A stretch of 64,000 nt of DNA from Macrostomum lignano (Eukaryota). The translations under genes were made by a program, and so were the position numbers. Positions within the stretch are counted from its first letter, which is position 1, and the number at the start of each line of letters is the position of its first letter. Below the pieces are notes generated by a model that saw nothing but the letters and a program-made list of their open reading frames with translations, did not search any database and had not been told where the DNA came from. Below are positions 63,001 to 64,000 of this stretch, piece by piece. The stretch covers positions 54,554 through 118,553 of the forward strand of contig NIVC01003115.1 in NCBI GenBank assembly GCA_002269645.1, read 5' to 3'.

Positions 63001-64000
63001 GCCTGAAAGCTCTCTTCTTGTTTCGGATAAGGCGCGACTTCCGGTAAACAACGCAGATTTGATCTGATTTGCAGCGCCTTCGACGGCAGAGTAAAGTTGC
63101 CTTAGTTGCCAAGCAGAAACCGTATCTGCGCCCGCGAACAGTTCTTGTTCGTTTGAGGTATCCGGCTGGACATGCAGTTCGACAGCGGCCATAAAACAAC
63201 GCCTTTGGATGCCTACAGGTCTTCGCTTTGACTAAAATGAATGTATTTTCGAATGATTCAATTTACTGAGGAATAACTGAGTACACGGGAAATATCTAAG
63301 TACACGGTAAATACAGGGGAACTGAACAGACTGCTTACTTCTCTGGCAGATGCCCCTTGTCTTCAAGGCTCGGGCTTTGCCACTTCGTCTGAGCCGATAT
63401 ACCAAGCGGTAGCCCCTGCGGCATTCTAAAGTTCGAAAAAAATATTTTTAGCTCTTCGTGCTCAGTCCTTGTGTTCTTAAAAACTTAATTCCTAATATCA
63501 GCTGTCAAATGACATTCCGGGTCCACTCACTGCGTCTCTGACACCTTGTTCTCGAGATAACCCGTCGGGAGCGTTTCGAGTAGATTCGATGTTTCTCTTG
63601 CTAAATCCGCTGGGACAGCGCCTGATACATTTCCCGCGGAACGAGAACTCCGCCTTTTTGCAAGCTGGAAATTCAATAAATCATTAGCCGTAGATTGCAA
63701 TCCGCCGATCAAGCAAATTTTTTAAAACTACGAGCCAGCTAAAATAACGAGACAAACCCTTTTTGCAGAGCCTAATGCGGCCGTATCTGGTTCTCCGATA
63801 TCCATTTGGACACTTTCGGACGCATTTAGAGCCCAGGGCAAATTTCTTTCCGCATCCTGTAATGATTTAAGAAAACTTGAAGCATCAGTATGGGACAAAA
63901 TGAATTTCTCCAGGAAGCTGCAGAAAAACTTACTTGGTCTGCAGGTACGAGTCAACCTTGAAGACCTACGTACGATCACTGATTTCATGCCCTTGGGGCA
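57073..64000 (-). CDS. Large extracellular-type modular protein, 5'-partial: K/R-rich Cys repeats - ShK - VWD - C8 - TIL - vWA - EGF-Ca repeats - vWA - VWC-like - FN2 - VWC-like - Ser-rich tail; ~9 single-base indels in this sequence
   Basis: Exons 64000-63934, 63856-63758, 63664-63531, 63425-63339, 63231-62968, 62888-58545, 58451-58102, 58021-57593, 57221-57073. Motifs: CYDRAYTCKAMARRKRCSSKLVSYLCPVSC (ShK), CTSSGDPHYHTFDG and VQGICGNCNG (VWD), GPFGSC...ENCRFDVC (C8), CGPNAVYSQKASGCPRTC (TIL), DVAFVIEG and FFLIDVS (vWA), DINEC/DVDEC (EGF-Ca), CVFPFKY...WCS (FN2). Confidence 0.85.

Noticed and set aside
59350-63600. Programmed ribosomal frameshifting in the modular protein
   Set aside because: Too many sites, no slippery heptamer or pseudoknot pattern, and the homopolymer context is typical of sequencing indels.

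Overview
Eukaryotic (animal) genomic DNA with GC-rich exons and almost every long intron filled by its own minisatellite. This organisation resembles the flatworm Macrostomum (inference from style, not verified). Spliced genes were reconstructed by hand from GT-AG sites and reading phase. Minus strand, left to right: a 3-exon homocysteine S-methyltransferase, a 2-exon CARD+Death-domain adaptor (CRADD/RAIDD-like), a 15-exon Fused/STK36 kinase with one in-frame TGA, and a 14-exon ATP8A-type P4-ATPase flippase. The probable ~10.5 kb first intron of the flippase is a stack of transposon remnants. Plus strand: a single-coding-exon C-type lectin+PAN/apple gene and a calmodulin-like EF-hand gene. The right end holds the 3' part of a very large, highly basic extracellular-type protein (Lys/Arg-rich Cys repeats, ShK, VWD, C8, TIL, vWA, EGF-Ca, vWA, FN2, VWC-like) with about 9 single-base indels. 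Mobile elements: hAT MITE nested in a CMC/EnSpm-like element nested in a 33-bp satellite; solo LTR inside a PIF/Harbinger MITE; decayed Penelope-like RT; mariner deletion derivative; tRNA-head SINE. Most unusual observation: LTR-type sequences carrying copies of a tRNA-Leu primer-binding site inside the LTR. There is one perfect copy in a TSD-flanked solo LTR and a tandem array of six decayed PBS+LTR-end units in a related element.
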